Positions 10,015 to 19,429 of a DNA stretch of 62,679 bases are shown here, one piece after another. The position numbers and the translations under genes were made by a program. This DNA is from Chitinophaga pinensis. Its GTDB lineage: Bacteria; Bacteroidota; Bacteroidia; 2-12-FULL-35-15. Every line of letters begins with the position of its first letter. Positions within the stretch are counted from its first letter, which is position 1. Location of the stretch: assembly GCA_945865315.1 (NCBI GenBank), contig CAMBDK010000003.1:1-62679 (forward strand). The letters run 5' to 3'. Under the pieces are notes generated by a model, which worked only from the letters and a program-made list of their open reading frames with translations, was not told the origin of the DNA and did not search any database.

Positions 10015-10563
10015 TAAATAAATTGATTAAACCTGAATTAGCGCACGAAGAACATAAATCAGTTTTTTGATAAAAATACTCATAATAAAAACCACTGTTT
10101 TATTATTAAAATTAAACTTTTCAACCTAGAAATGTTAATGAATATAATTTAGAAAACAGAAGGCTAGGGTAAAAAAAAGGAAAGAGCATTCATTATTTTA
10201 AAATGATACAAAGAGAACTTCAAAAATAATTTTTTTTAAAAGAATATTGAAAAGCTTAAAAAGGAACGTCTTTAATGTTTAACTCATACAGGGCTTATAA
10301 TAATTACAGGAGTAATTCAAAATGATTTATAAATAGTATCGTTTTGCAAATGCTCCTAATAATTTAAGAATTCTTTTTTACAAAAAAATATTAAAAATGA
10401 TCTTCAAAAACTTACACCGATATTACTTTTCGAAAAACACATTTAGTCCTTAAAGTATAAATTTTATATATTTATGAATGATGCAATCAATTTTATTAAT
10501 GAAAATATTTCTATCTAATGAGCAGAAATTTATTAAATAGCTGATGGATTATTTATGTGGAAA

Positions 10564-11337
10564 TTATACTAGCCCTGCTGCTAAGGCAAGTGAAAGAATT
10601 ATTAACATAAAAGTAACAGTTTTATGCAAAAAACTTATTGTTACTTTTTGCAATAATTTGATGCCAATATATGCTCCAATAATTGCCGATAAGGTGGCGC
10701 AAGCGATCAAGGGGAGATTTACAGAAAGTTCTGTTTCATTAATTTTTTTTACATAAATGCTCAAACGGGTAATATCTACAAAGGTAGAAATTGCTACTGT
10801 CGTAGCTATAAACGCCTCCTTAGAAAGCCCTGAATTAATTAAGAAAAAACTCCTTAAAGCACCTTGAATACCAGAGAGTCCACCAAAGAAACCGCTTAGT
10901 ACCCCACCAAAAAACAACTTGTCTTTTCCGAATTGTATTTTGCTTAGTTGCGGTATCAATTCAAAACAAACAAAAATTAAAAGTAGGATAGAAATAATAA
11001 ATTTTACGGGATGAACTTCAAAAGTTTTACCAAATAATTCGTAATCAAAAAGGGCTTGTATGTCAGATATATTTATGAGCAGCCAAGAACCGAAAAACGC
11101 TCCAATAATGGAAGGGATCCCAAAACGAATAAAAACAGATTTGTTAATATTTTTCCAAACTAAAATAAATTTAAAAATATTATTAAAAAAATGTACCAGC
11201 CCTGTTAAACATATTGCTAACTCTACAGGAAAAAAAATCATAAATACAGGGGTGAGCAAGGTGCCTAAACCAAAACCAGAAAAAAATGTAAGGATGGCCA
11301 AAAAAAATGCGGCTACCGATATTATAATTATCTCCAT
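10564..11337 (-). CDS. TauE/SafE family sulfite/anion exporter-like membrane protein
   Basis: The 257-aa protein is polytopic and glycine-rich (GFGLGTLLTP, GFFGGLSGIQGA), with the duplicated 4-TM architecture typical of TauE/SafE. Confidence 0.75.
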   Translation of the reverse strand: MEIIIISVAAFFLAILTFFSGFGLGTLLTPVFMIFFPVELAICLTGLVHFFNNIFKFILVWKNINKSVFIRFGIPSIIGAFFGSWLLINISDIQALFDYELFGKTFEVHPVKFIISILLLIFVCFELIPQLSKIQFGKDKLFFGGVLSGFFGGLSGIQGALRSFFLINSGLSKEAFIATTVAISTFVDITRLSIYVKKINETELSVNLPLIACATLSAIIGAYIGIKLLQKVTISFLHKTVTFMLIILSLALAAGLV

Positions 11338-11458
11338 TTATAAAAAAATTATTGAAAGTATTGATTTATAATAATATTAAAAAGGCAAATTTATTTTTAA
11401 CTTAATTTTATAAATTCGAAATTAATTAATTTAAGAAAATTCCAAGGAGTTCTTATTT

Positions 11459-12892
11459 TTATGACGAACAGGAAACTGAAATACTTTGATTTATAGATGT
11501 ACTAGGCTTCGAATAGCTTTCGTATGCAGCATGTTCTTCGAATGGGGAATAAAAAACTTTTAACCATTCATTTAATTTTTGCTTCCCTCCTTTTTCTATG
11601 TCTTCTATAACTTCTTGTGCGATATAGTTTCTTAAAACATATTTTGGATTTATTTTTTTCATTTCCATTGAACGCTTATGGTTATCGCTCAGCTCTCTTT
11701 CCAATCTTTGGTCATATAATAAGAACCAAGAGAGTAGCTGTTCTGATTTAGCATAATAGCACCAAAAATCAGAGATGGTATCAAGCTGTTTAATTTTATA
11801 ATTACTTAGCTGTCTAAAAAAATAAGTGTAATCTATTGAATGGGAAGAAAGAATTTGCAAAAGAGAGCCAAACAAAGCATCGTCCTCCGGCTCTAATTTA
11901 TAAAGTCCGATTTTACTATGACAAAGTTTTTTATAATGGGCATGAAACAATTCGGAAAACGATAACAATAATTTATTCAAATTTTCTCTTGGAACATGCT
12001 TGCTAAAGCATACAAGCAATTTTTCCAAATTCCATGCAGCAGCGTGCGGTTGGTTTTCGTATGAATACCTACCACTATCATCCGAATGGTTGCATACATG
12101 AGACAAAGAGGTGTCTTCCATAAAACCAAAAGGGCCATAATCAATTGTAATACCCAAAATCGACATGTTATCTGTATTCATTACTCCATGACAAAATCCT
12201 ACGCTTTGCCAATAAGCTATAAGAAAAGCCGTTTTTTCAACAATTTGTTCAAGCATTTCGTAAATTGAAACACCTTCAAAAAAGCCGAGTCTGGTATATT
12301 CAATCAATTCATTTAAAACACTTGGCCGATTATAATGATAACACATTTCAAAATGTCCAAAACGTATATTGGATGGAAAAACTCTAGCAATAATGGCAGG
12401 GCGTTCAACAGTTTCTCTATAAACTTTATCTTCGCCTATTATTAAAGCCAAAACTCTGGATGAAGGTATTCCTAAGCCGTACATCGCTTCCGAACAAAGG
12501 TATTCCCTAACTGACGAGCGAATTACGGCCTTGCCGTCCCCCATTCTGGAAAAAGGCGTTATGCCTGAGCCCTTAGTTTGAATTTCAAGTCTCCCTTTAG
12601 TGGATGTTAAAATTTCTCCCAAGGAGATTGCTCTGCCATCACCTAGCTGACCAGCAAAAACGCCAAATTGATGGCCTGCATACCTAGTAGAAATTCTTTG
12701 ATCCCCTATCAGCTTAAGTTCTCCATTTAACCATTTTAGTATATCAGCATCAGTATATGACAGAAGGCCTAATTCTTTTTTTAACTCCGTTACATGTACA
12801 AGTTTGGGGTGCTTTAAAGGAGTAGGTTCAACGATTTCATAAAGAAATTCGGGAAGTTTTTGAAAGGAGTTGTCAAAATTAACAATATCCAT
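11459..12892 (-). CDS. selO: Protein adenylyltransferase SelO (YdiU family pseudokinase-fold AMPylase)
   Basis: RYAGHQFGVFAGQLGDGRAISLGE, HGVMNTDNMSILGITIDYGPFGF and NPKYVLRNYIAQ are hallmark SelO blocks. The protein ends in ...SCSS, placing a Cys three residues from the C-terminus. As I recall, mammalian SELENOO has its Sec at that position. Confidence 0.9.
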   Translation of the reverse strand: MDIVNFDNSFQKLPEFLYEIVEPTPLKHPKLVHVTELKKELGLLSYTDADILKWLNGELKLIGDQRISTRYAGHQFGVFAGQLGDGRAISLGEILTSTKGRLEIQTKGSGITPFSRMGDGKAVIRSSVREYLCSEAMYGLGIPSSRVLALIIGEDKVYRETVERPAIIARVFPSNIRFGHFEMCYHYNRPSVLNELIEYTRLGFFEGVSIYEMLEQIVEKTAFLIAYWQSVGFCHGVMNTDNMSILGITIDYGPFGFMEDTSLSHVCNHSDDSGRYSYENQPHAAAWNLEKLLVCFSKHVPRENLNKLLLSFSELFHAHYKKLCHSKIGLYKLEPEDDALFGSLLQILSSHSIDYTYFFRQLSNYKIKQLDTISDFWCYYAKSEQLLSWFLLYDQRLERELSDNHKRSMEMKKINPKYVLRNYIAQEVIEDIEKGGKQKLNEWLKVFYSPFEEHAAYESYSKPSTSINQSISVSCSS

Positions 12893-13126
12893 ATTTAGTA
12901 TTTATTTTATTTGTAAATAATAATATCATTTGAATGATTAAATATTTTATTCGAGGCTATAAAATTATTTGTGTTATCTCTAAAAGAATAATCAGCAATC
13001 ATTTGGCTATGTATATATTAGAACATCGTTCAAAAAAACGGAAACTATTAGATAATTTGATGAAGCAAAAACATAATATGTTAGTTAAAAATTAACGCAG
13101 TAATATTTTTGTTGTTAATTGAATTA

Positions 13127-16100
13127 TTATCTAATTAAGTTGATTATGCCATGATAGCTGTGATCTTCATTTTTAAAATCTTTAATTATAATAGAATAAA
13201 CATATACATCTTGCATCAATGGTTCGCCACCCTTAATTGCCTTGCCATCCCAAGGTTGATTAATGTCGTTGGTTTTAAAAATCAATTTCCCCCATCTATC
13301 AAAAATATCCATTTGATACTCTTTAATAAATAATCCTTCACCAGAAAATGTTTCATTTTTATCGTCCCCATTTGGTGAAAAGCTATTTGGAATATAAAAA
13401 ACAAAATCAGGCTCAATAATTACAGTTTGAAAAGATGTATCTAAACATCCAAATTTATTTGTCACCAACAGGGTAATTGTGTAAACGCCAGTGTCTAAAT
13501 ATCCATGTGGTGGCGGGCTATAAAAAAGAGAAGAATCTAAGCTAAAAATAAAAGGAGGCGAGTTATCACCAAAGTTCCAATTCCAAAAATCTGTACCGAT
13601 AGAAAAATCTGTTGTTGATATTTCTGAATTTACAATGGAGGTTTTATTTGGCAGCGCCAAAAAATTTGCTTCTGGATTAGGGTAAACAGTTATAAAGGCA
13701 GGCTTTAAAAGACTTGCTACGCAGCCACTATCAGAGGTTGTTGTTAATGTAATGTCGAATTTTATTGCCGCGAAAACCGAATCGTTTGTATAACAATGCA
13801 AGGGGGTTTCAGAGCTTGTGCCATCGCCAAAGTTCCATTGAAAGATAGTGTTGTTGCCCGATAGTATTGTTGATAAATCTTCGAAAACTACGCAAAACTC
13901 TTCGCAGCCTAGTGAATCATCAACAGTGAAATCTACCAAAGGATTAGGATTCACTGTCACAATTTTGCTAATGGAATCGGAGCACCCGAAACTTGAAAAA
14001 ACTACTAACTTGGTATTGTATGAGCCCGCAATTGTATATAAGTGTGTTGTATTTTGATTGTTATTTACAATGTTAGATGTATCTCCAAAAGTCCACTCCC
14101 AGCTAGCGATGGGCCAGTTATAATCAAGGGAGAGATCGTTAAAGCTCATGCTTTCGTTTAAACACACATTGGAAAAACCAAAATTAACAACAGGAAGAGG
14201 GAAAACAGTAACTAACAAGGTATCTTTAGAGGAACAGCCTAGTGATGTTGTAGTAACAAAATAAGGCGATATGAGAGGCGTTGGAATAGGATTTGCTAAT
14301 GAAACAATGGGATTAACTGTATTTGGATTATTTAAGCCTAAAGTGGGGGACCAGGAATACGAATATCCTAAAATTGCTATGGAGCCAATACCCACAGAGT
14401 CGCCAGAGCAAACTGCAACATTTGGCCCGGCATTAGAAAGAGGTGTCGGTTTAATAACTATCGTGTCAAATACTGTTGTGGAATTACACGTGTTTTCGGA
14501 AACAGAAAGCGAAACAACTTTTATTCCAGAATTTAACCAATTTAAATTATGTGGTCCTTGGCCAATACCTGGAGAGGCTGTGCCGCCATCAAAATCCCAA
14601 AAATAATTAGCCCCAGCAGTTGCATTTCCTGTATAACTAATCGCAGTAATTTCTTGAACGCATGCACTATCGACCAATGTAAAGCTAGATGTTGGAATTT
14701 GAGCAACAACAATATTTATGGTGTCTTCGCTGGTACATCCAGATGCCGTTAATTCAGTGGTAACATAATATGTATGTAAGGAGGGTGCAACATTTGAATT
14801 ACTAAGTGTTAGGCCTGGGTTTGAAACAGTAGTACTACTCAATCCTAGCGCTGGTGACCAAGTATAGGTATAATCAATATTATTTGCTGCGCCTATTATG
14901 GCTGTATTCCCTGAGCAGCTTATTGTATCTGCCCCTGCATTTGAAATTGGGCCGGGATTAATTGTAACAACAACTGTATCTGTTGCGGTACATGAAGCAA
15001 AACTTGCTGTAATATAATAGGTAATATTTATTGGATTGCCTGTGAAATTTGTTACCGTTACCGAGGGGTTTGCAACAGTTGCGCTGCTTAAGTTCGACGC
15101 TGGTGACCATACATAAGAAAATCCTGCAGTGGGGTTAGCCCCAAGAACGCCTGTTTCGGCAGAGCATATCGAAATGTCTGCCCCTGCATTTGCGTCAGGC
15201 GGGTTAACCGTAGTTACCATATTTGTTGCTGATGAGATGCAGCCGTTTTCAATAACCGTTAATGTAATAGTTTTTGTTCCCGAAACTGGCCAAGATACTG
15301 AATATGGCCCCTGCCCACTTCCCGACAATACAGTACCGCCATTAAAATCCCAGACATAGGTGCCTGCAAGGGAAGCGTTTCCTGTATATGTAATTAAAAG
15401 AGCTTCGGAAACACAAATAGGGCCTGTTGCAGAAAATACAGACGTGGGTAATGGAAAAACCGTTACCTCTACGGTATCTTTACAAACGTGCCCTCCCGCA
15501 GTTACCGTTAAAATAAATTCACTAACAATGTTACTTGAGCCGGAATTACTTATTAATACTATTGGATCAGACAGGCTATTACTGCTAAGTCCAGTCGAGG
15601 GTGTCCACGAATAAATATGATCAGAAAGAGAATCATCACCAATTGTTATGCTACTTCCCGAACAGTAGCTTATATCATTTCCTGCATTAGCAACTATTGC
15701 AAACTTCTCAATACCCAAAGTAATCGTTTCACAAATGTATGTGTTTACAGAGGAAGTTCCCACTTCAGCATCGCTTGCGCTACACTGAGGACCTGACCCT
15801 GGAGTGCCCTTACTAACATTTATAGCTCCAGAAAAACTATTTGATTCACAATAAATTAACTTAACCCTTCCCCCACCGCCACCAGCACCGCCTTCTTTAT
15901 TGTCGCTTGCTTGTCCATCACCGCCTTGAGCCTTCAATGAACCATTTCCTATTATTTCCTTGCCATAAATAAGGATTCCTCCCCCTGATCCCCCTCCAGC
16001 AGCTTCCTCATTGCAAGTCCCTCCTGCATCAGCGCCATTAACACTTATATCCCCCGATATATTTATAAAAGCTGCTTTAAATTTTACAGCGCCTCCACCA

Positions 16101-16885
16101 GCTGCTAAAGGGCCGCAATCTGAACCGCCACCACCCGAGCCCATGTCTATGTCAATGCCATTCAATGTGCCATTAACTGGGCCACTGCCTCCACCGGGGC
16201 ATTTCCCTGAACCGCCTTTACCTCCATAACCTCCTCCGCCACCACCATCACTACCACCTCCGTCGCCACCGCCTCCTGGCCCAGATCCTGGCCCATAGCC
16301 TTTGCCGTTTCCATTAATAGTTCCTGCAAAGGTTATTTTACGTGCGTTAAAAGATAGAATCTGACCAGCCCCAACACTAATATTACTTCCCCCTTGTATG
16401 TCTATCCAATCATAATTTTGATTTCCTGATAAAGTTACTGCCCCTGTTACTGTTAATATATTTGGAAATACGCAAGAAAAGCTACTAGCGTCTAAAGCAG
16501 CAGGATTTCCGTAGAACATAAAAAATGTTTTTATGGAATTTGCGGCAAGTGTAGGGAGCATAACCCAAATTTTGGTGCTGCTAGTATTTATGCCGCTTTC
16601 GATCCAGTAACAAAGGCTGGTGGCACAATCATCGTCAACAAAACGAATATCCTTGCCTGTTATATCCATCTTTCCTTGCGAAATAGGGGTTTGGGTATCA
16701 ACAGTAATTAGTTCCTGAAAATTATTATTGCTTGTTGAAATAGGTGTATTATCAATAGTAACCTCTTTTACATAAATCCATCCGGGCTTTTCACAGCTGC
16801 CGCATTGTGCAAAACCATAGGCTATATTTAAAAATGAAAAAACAACAACAAGTAGTTTTCCTAGACTAAAAACTTTTTTTCCCAT
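13127..16885 (-). CDS. Giant secreted adhesin-like protein: DUF2341-like N-terminal domain, glycine-rich beta-helix-like region, multiple Ig/PKD-like repeats, and a T9SS type B (gliding motility-associated) C-terminal sorting domain
   Basis: It has a signal peptide ending FAQ and a very Gly-rich segment (GGGGDGGGSDGGGGGGYGGKGGSG...). The repeats are of the form AGxDxxxCSGxxxxxG...YxWxPxxGLS, and there is a PKD-like WxFGDG. The C-terminus FYIPNSFSPNGDDKNETF...FDRWGKLIF...WDG...YVY matches the CHU_C/type B CTD. Confidence 0.85.
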   Translation of the reverse strand: MGKKVFSLGKLLVVVFSFLNIAYGFAQCGSCEKPGWIYVKEVTIDNTPISTSNNNFQELITVDTQTPISQGKMDITGKDIRFVDDDCATSLCYWIESGINTSSTKIWVMLPTLAANSIKTFFMFYGNPAALDASSFSCVFPNILTVTGAVTLSGNQNYDWIDIQGGSNISVGAGQILSFNARKITFAGTINGNGKGYGPGSGPGGGGDGGGSDGGGGGGYGGKGGSGKCPGGGSGPVNGTLNGIDIDMGSGGGGSDCGPLAAGGGAVKFKAAFINISGDISVNGADAGGTCNEEAAGGGSGGGILIYGKEIIGNGSLKAQGGDGQASDNKEGGAGGGGGRVKLIYCESNSFSGAINVSKGTPGSGPQCSASDAEVGTSSVNTYICETITLGIEKFAIVANAGNDISYCSGSSITIGDDSLSDHIYSWTPSTGLSSNSLSDPIVLISNSGSSNIVSEFILTVTAGGHVCKDTVEVTVFPLPTSVFSATGPICVSEALLITYTGNASLAGTYVWDFNGGTVLSGSGQGPYSVSWPVSGTKTITLTVIENGCISSATNMVTTVNPPDANAGADISICSAETGVLGANPTAGFSYVWSPASNLSSATVANPSVTVTNFTGNPINITYYITASFASCTATDTVVVTINPGPISNAGADTISCSGNTAIIGAANNIDYTYTWSPALGLSSTTVSNPGLTLSNSNVAPSLHTYYVTTELTASGCTSEDTINIVVAQIPTSSFTLVDSACVQEITAISYTGNATAGANYFWDFDGGTASPGIGQGPHNLNWLNSGIKVVSLSVSENTCNSTTVFDTIVIKPTPLSNAGPNVAVCSGDSVGIGSIAILGYSYSWSPTLGLNNPNTVNPIVSLANPIPTPLISPYFVTTTSLGCSSKDTLLVTVFPLPVVNFGFSNVCLNESMSFNDLSLDYNWPIASWEWTFGDTSNIVNNNQNTTHLYTIAGSYNTKLVVFSSFGCSDSISKIVTVNPNPLVDFTVDDSLGCEEFCVVFEDLSTILSGNNTIFQWNFGDGTSSETPLHCYTNDSVFAAIKFDITLTTTSDSGCVASLLKPAFITVYPNPEANFLALPNKTSIVNSEISTTDFSIGTDFWNWNFGDNSPPFIFSLDSSLFYSPPPHGYLDTGVYTITLLVTNKFGCLDTSFQTVIIEPDFVFYIPNSFSPNGDDKNETFSGEGLFIKEYQMDIFDRWGKLIFKTNDINQPWDGKAIKGGEPLMQDVYVYSIIIKDFKNEDHSYHGIINLIR

Positions 16886-17393
16886 TCTTTAAATGCCAAA
16901 CAAATTAGTTGGTCTTAATTATAAAATTTTATTAAAAACATATTTTAAAAACAGGGCGGTACTAATTTTTTTACAAACTAATTTAATCAGTCAATTTCTG
17001 ATAATTGAAAGTATTATAAAAATAAATTTCCACTTTTTTTGTATAAAAAAAGCGGTTTTTATACTTATAAATATTCACAAAACTTATTTAACTAAAAACA
17101 CAAAGTTAATAATAAAATTCGGAAATAGAAACTAAAGCATAGAAAAACAAGGGATTACATTAACAAAAAAAGACTTCGGCTTAGCTAAAACTATTTTCGA
17201 TCTAGCCCTTTAGCCTATCCCTTAACACTTGGCAAACAAATATTCTGTTGTTTAAAAAACAGTACTATTAAAAACAGTACTTTTAGCTTGTTGTTAATTT
17301 TTAACCCATAAGCGAATAAGCAAATACAATTTTTTTTTGTTTGCTTTTTATTAATAGCTATCTCCTAAAAGCTATCAAAACCAAGTTTTTAAT

Positions 17394-18284
17394 ATGCATA
17401 AAACCATAAAAGCACATTTAGCATTATTAATTGTAAATATTATTTATGGCCTTAACTATTCTATTGCCAAAGAAGTAATGCCGGAATATGTTATGCCTTT
17501 TGCTTTTGTATTAATGCGCGTTGGGGGCGCCTTAATTCTATTTTGGATTGCAAGCGCCTTTTTTATTAAAGAAAAAATTGACAGAAAAGATTTCCCCCGT
17601 ATTGCGCTATTGGCTTTCTTTGGTGTTGCTGTAAATCAGCTGCTTTTTTTAAAAGGCTTGAGCCTAACTTCTCCAATTAACGCATCCATTATTATGCTGT
17701 CCAACCCAATAATTGTTTTGATAGCATCGGCCTTAGTTTTAAAAGAAAAAATTTCAAACATTAAAATTACGGGGGTGTTTTTTGGACTAACAGGCGCATT
17801 TTTACTTTTGTTTTTTAATAAGTCCTTTTCGATTGGTTCGGCAACAGCTATAGGGGATATAATGATTTTAATAAATTCTATGAGTTGGGCAATTTTTATT
17901 ATTATGTTAAATCCCTTGATAAAAAAATACAATGCATTTACAATTGTAAAATGGGTGTTTTTGTTCGGATTTATTTATGTGCTGCCATTTGGATATTCGG
18001 AATTTAAACAAATAAACTGGCATTCAATACCCCCTAATATTTACTGGGGGATAGGATTTGTAGTAGTAGCCACTACATTTATAGCCTATTTTTTAAACAC
18101 CTACGCTTTAAGAGAGCTTAAGCCTGAGGTGGTAAGCATCTATATATACTTCCAGCCTTTTATAGCTGCGCTTGTAGCTATATACTATTTTAATAATGAC
18201 GAATTTGATACCAGAAAGCTTATTTCGGGAATCCTTATCATTGTTGGCATTTATTTGGTAAGTATGCGATTAAAAAAAACTTAG
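17394..18284 (+). CDS. EamA/DMT superfamily transporter
   Basis: The 296-aa protein has about 10 TM helices and the two-fold EamA repeat architecture. Confidence 0.8.
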   Translation: MHKTIKAHLALLIVNIIYGLNYSIAKEVMPEYVMPFAFVLMRVGGALILFWIASAFFIKEKIDRKDFPRIALLAFFGVAVNQLLFLKGLSLTSPINASIIMLSNPIIVLIASALVLKEKISNIKITGVFFGLTGAFLLLFFNKSFSIGSATAIGDIMILINSMSWAIFIIMLNPLIKKYNAFTIVKWVFLFGFIYVLPFGYSEFKQINWHSIPPNIYWGIGFVVVATTFIAYFLNTYALRELKPEVVSIYIYFQPFIAALVAIYYFNNDEFDTRKLISGILIIVGIYLVSMRLKKT

Positions 18285-18313
18285 TAGCATGTTTTTAATA
18301 AAGATAATATTCG

Positions 18314-18321
18314 TATATTTG
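18314..18321 (+). promoter_or_regulatory. Candidate Bacteroidota -7 promoter box (TATATTTG) for tRNA-Arg
   Basis: It matches the TAnnTTTG consensus exactly, 34 nt upstream of the tRNA 5' end. I did not see a clear -33 TTTG. Confidence 0.35.
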
Positions 18322-18354
18322 CATTGCATTTCTTTTACGACAGAAATTCAAAAT

Positions 18355-18431
18355 GGTTGCGTAGCTCAATTGAATAGAGCGTCTGACTACGGATCAGAAG
18401 GCTAGGGGTTTGAATCCCTTCGCGACCACCA
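18355..18431 (+). tRNA. tRNA-Arg (anticodon ACG), CCA encoded
   Basis: Manual cloverleaf fold: acceptor GGTTGCG/CGCGACC (one G-U pair), D stem GCTC/GAGC, anticodon stem TCTGA/TCAGA with loop CTACGGA, T stem AGGGG/CCCTT, discriminator A plus CCA. The T loop reads TTTGAAT and the D loop AATTGAATA. By my alignment that gives A19/U56 instead of the usual G19/C56, a compensated tertiary pair. Confidence 0.88.
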
Positions 18432-18439
18432 ATAGAAAT

Positions 18440-18480
18440 AAGGGTTACAGACTTTTAGGGTTTGTAGCCCTTTTTTATTT
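18440..18480 (+). terminator. Rho-independent terminator after tRNA-Arg
   Basis: A 13-bp stem AAGGGTTACAGAC / GTTTGTAGCCCTT (two G-U pairs) with a 7-nt loop, running into TTTTTTATTT. Confidence 0.7.
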
Positions 18481-18548
18481 GCATACAGTTTGCATATAAA
18501 TAGACCTCTAAAATATCAATAAACAGAAAGTTTTGAAGTTTGTATCCT

Positions 18549-18779
18549 TTAACTTGATGATACGTCACTTATAAACAGCTCTTTCAGGTCAATAGTTAGT
18601 GCTTTGGATATTTTTATAAGAGTGCCAACTGTAACATTTATTCGACCTTTTTCAATCGGTATAAGATTTGTTTTTTCCATATCACATCGGTATCCCAATT
18701 CTTTAATCGTCAATCCTTGCTCTTTTCGGATTCTACTGATGTTCTTGCCAATCAATATCAAATATTCCTCGTCCTTCAT
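18549..18779 (-). CDS. XRE-family helix-turn-helix transcriptional regulator (76 aa)
   Basis: IGKNISRIRKEQGLTIKELGYRCDMEKTNLIPIEKGRINVTVGTLIKISKAL is a canonical Cro/C1-type HTH_3 domain. Confidence 0.8.
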   Translation of the reverse strand: MKDEEYLILIGKNISRIRKEQGLTIKELGYRCDMEKTNLIPIEKGRINVTVGTLIKISKALTIDLKELFISDVSSS

Positions 18780-18823
18780 TATCCAAATATTTACACAATA
18801 TTGGGATTTACTTAAAAAACATT

Positions 18824-18843
18824 AGGTATGATATATCATACCT
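18824..18843. promoter_or_regulatory. 20-bp perfect palindrome, candidate operator in the divergent XRE/lipoprotein intergenic region
   Basis: AGGTATGATA|TATCATACCT is perfectly self-complementary. It lies 45 nt from the XRE start codon and just upstream of a TAnnTTTG box. Confidence 0.5.
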
Positions 18844-18856
18844 GATGTTTTTTGAA

Positions 18857-18864
18857 TACATTTG
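18857..18864 (+). promoter_or_regulatory. Candidate -7 promoter box (TACATTTG) for the 18890 lipoprotein gene
   Basis: It matches TAnnTTTG exactly, 26 nt upstream of the ATG at 18890. Confidence 0.35.
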
Positions 18865-18889
18865 CATCCTAACCAAAAAAATAAAAAAC

Positions 18890-19327
18890 ATGAAAACAAA
18901 AAAAGTATTAGTAATAGCCATTGCGCTATTATGTTTAACAGTAACAAGCTGTAAAAAAGAAAAAGGTTGTACAACATCTTCGGCAACAAATTTCAGTTCG
19001 TCTGCTGAGGAGGATGACGCAAGTTGCACTTATTTAGGGCGTGTTGCATTTTGGATAACAACTGGATCAATGGATCCAGATGTAAGTATTAATGTTTATA
19101 TTAACAATGTCTTTCAAGGAAATATAGCTGTTGAATTTAGTTCAGCTCCTACTTGTGGTAGTACAGGGGTATTAACCATCAATAAAGATTTAGGTAAAAA
19201 TAAAACTCAAAGTTATTCTGTTACTTACAAACCTTTCGTTGGTGGAGTTGAAATCACGGACCCTACAGAATGGATTATTGAAAACGTAATTTTTGAGGCG
19301 ACATGTACTTCTCATCAAATTTTTTAA
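18890..19327 (+). CDS. Hypothetical lipoprotein (145 aa)
   Basis: The internal ATG gives MKTKKVLVIAIALLCLTVTSC, a lipobox with Cys. I recognised no family. A terminator follows the gene. Confidence 0.6.
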   Translation: MKTKKVLVIAIALLCLTVTSCKKEKGCTTSSATNFSSSAEEDDASCTYLGRVAFWITTGSMDPDVSINVYINNVFQGNIAVEFSSAPTCGSTGVLTINKDLGKNKTQSYSVTYKPFVGGVEITDPTEWIIENVIFEATCTSHQIF

Positions 19328-19347
19328 AACACCATTAAAAGCTTTTT

Positions 19348-19380
19348 AAAACACCGTAATCATTCTGTTTACGGTGTTTT
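19348..19380 (+). terminator. Rho-independent terminator
   Basis: Stem AAAACACCGTAA / TTACGGTGTTTT (12 bp) with a 9-nt loop. The 3' arm ends in a T-run. Confidence 0.7.
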
Positions 19381-19429
19381 ACTTAATTTCAATACAAACG
19401 AGTATGAAAAAAATTAACCCTTAAATAAA

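Noticed and set aside
10015-10563. A 549-nt ORF-free AT-rich region between the GH3 fusion gene and the TauE/SafE gene was inspected for RNA genes, repeats or small ORFs.
   Set aside because: It contains only 14-16-codon ORFs, and I could not recognise any stable stems or repeats. It is probably promoter/leader DNA for the GH3 gene.
15129-16229. Several plus-strand ORFs (15129-15359, 15360-15614, 16011-16229), one of them Pro-rich, lie opposite the large adhesin gene.
   Set aside because: They lie antisense to a 1252-aa ORF with clear domain content. The Pro-rich translation is simply the reverse complement of Gly (GGN) codons. They have no independent start context or family resemblance.
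15880-16310. A locally GC-rich block inside the AT-rich window, considered as a possible horizontally acquired insert.
   Set aside because: The GC enrichment is fully explained by the dense run of glycine codons in the Gly-rich region of the adhesin. The reading frame is continuous with the flanking sequence.
16893-17135. An 80-aa ORF in the adhesin/EamA spacer. A similar 66-aa ORF lies at 52752-52952 upstream of rnc.
   Set aside because: Both have AT-rich, Lys/Ile/Phe/Asn-dominated translations typical of random ORFs in AT-rich intergenic DNA. Neither has motifs or a convincing start context.
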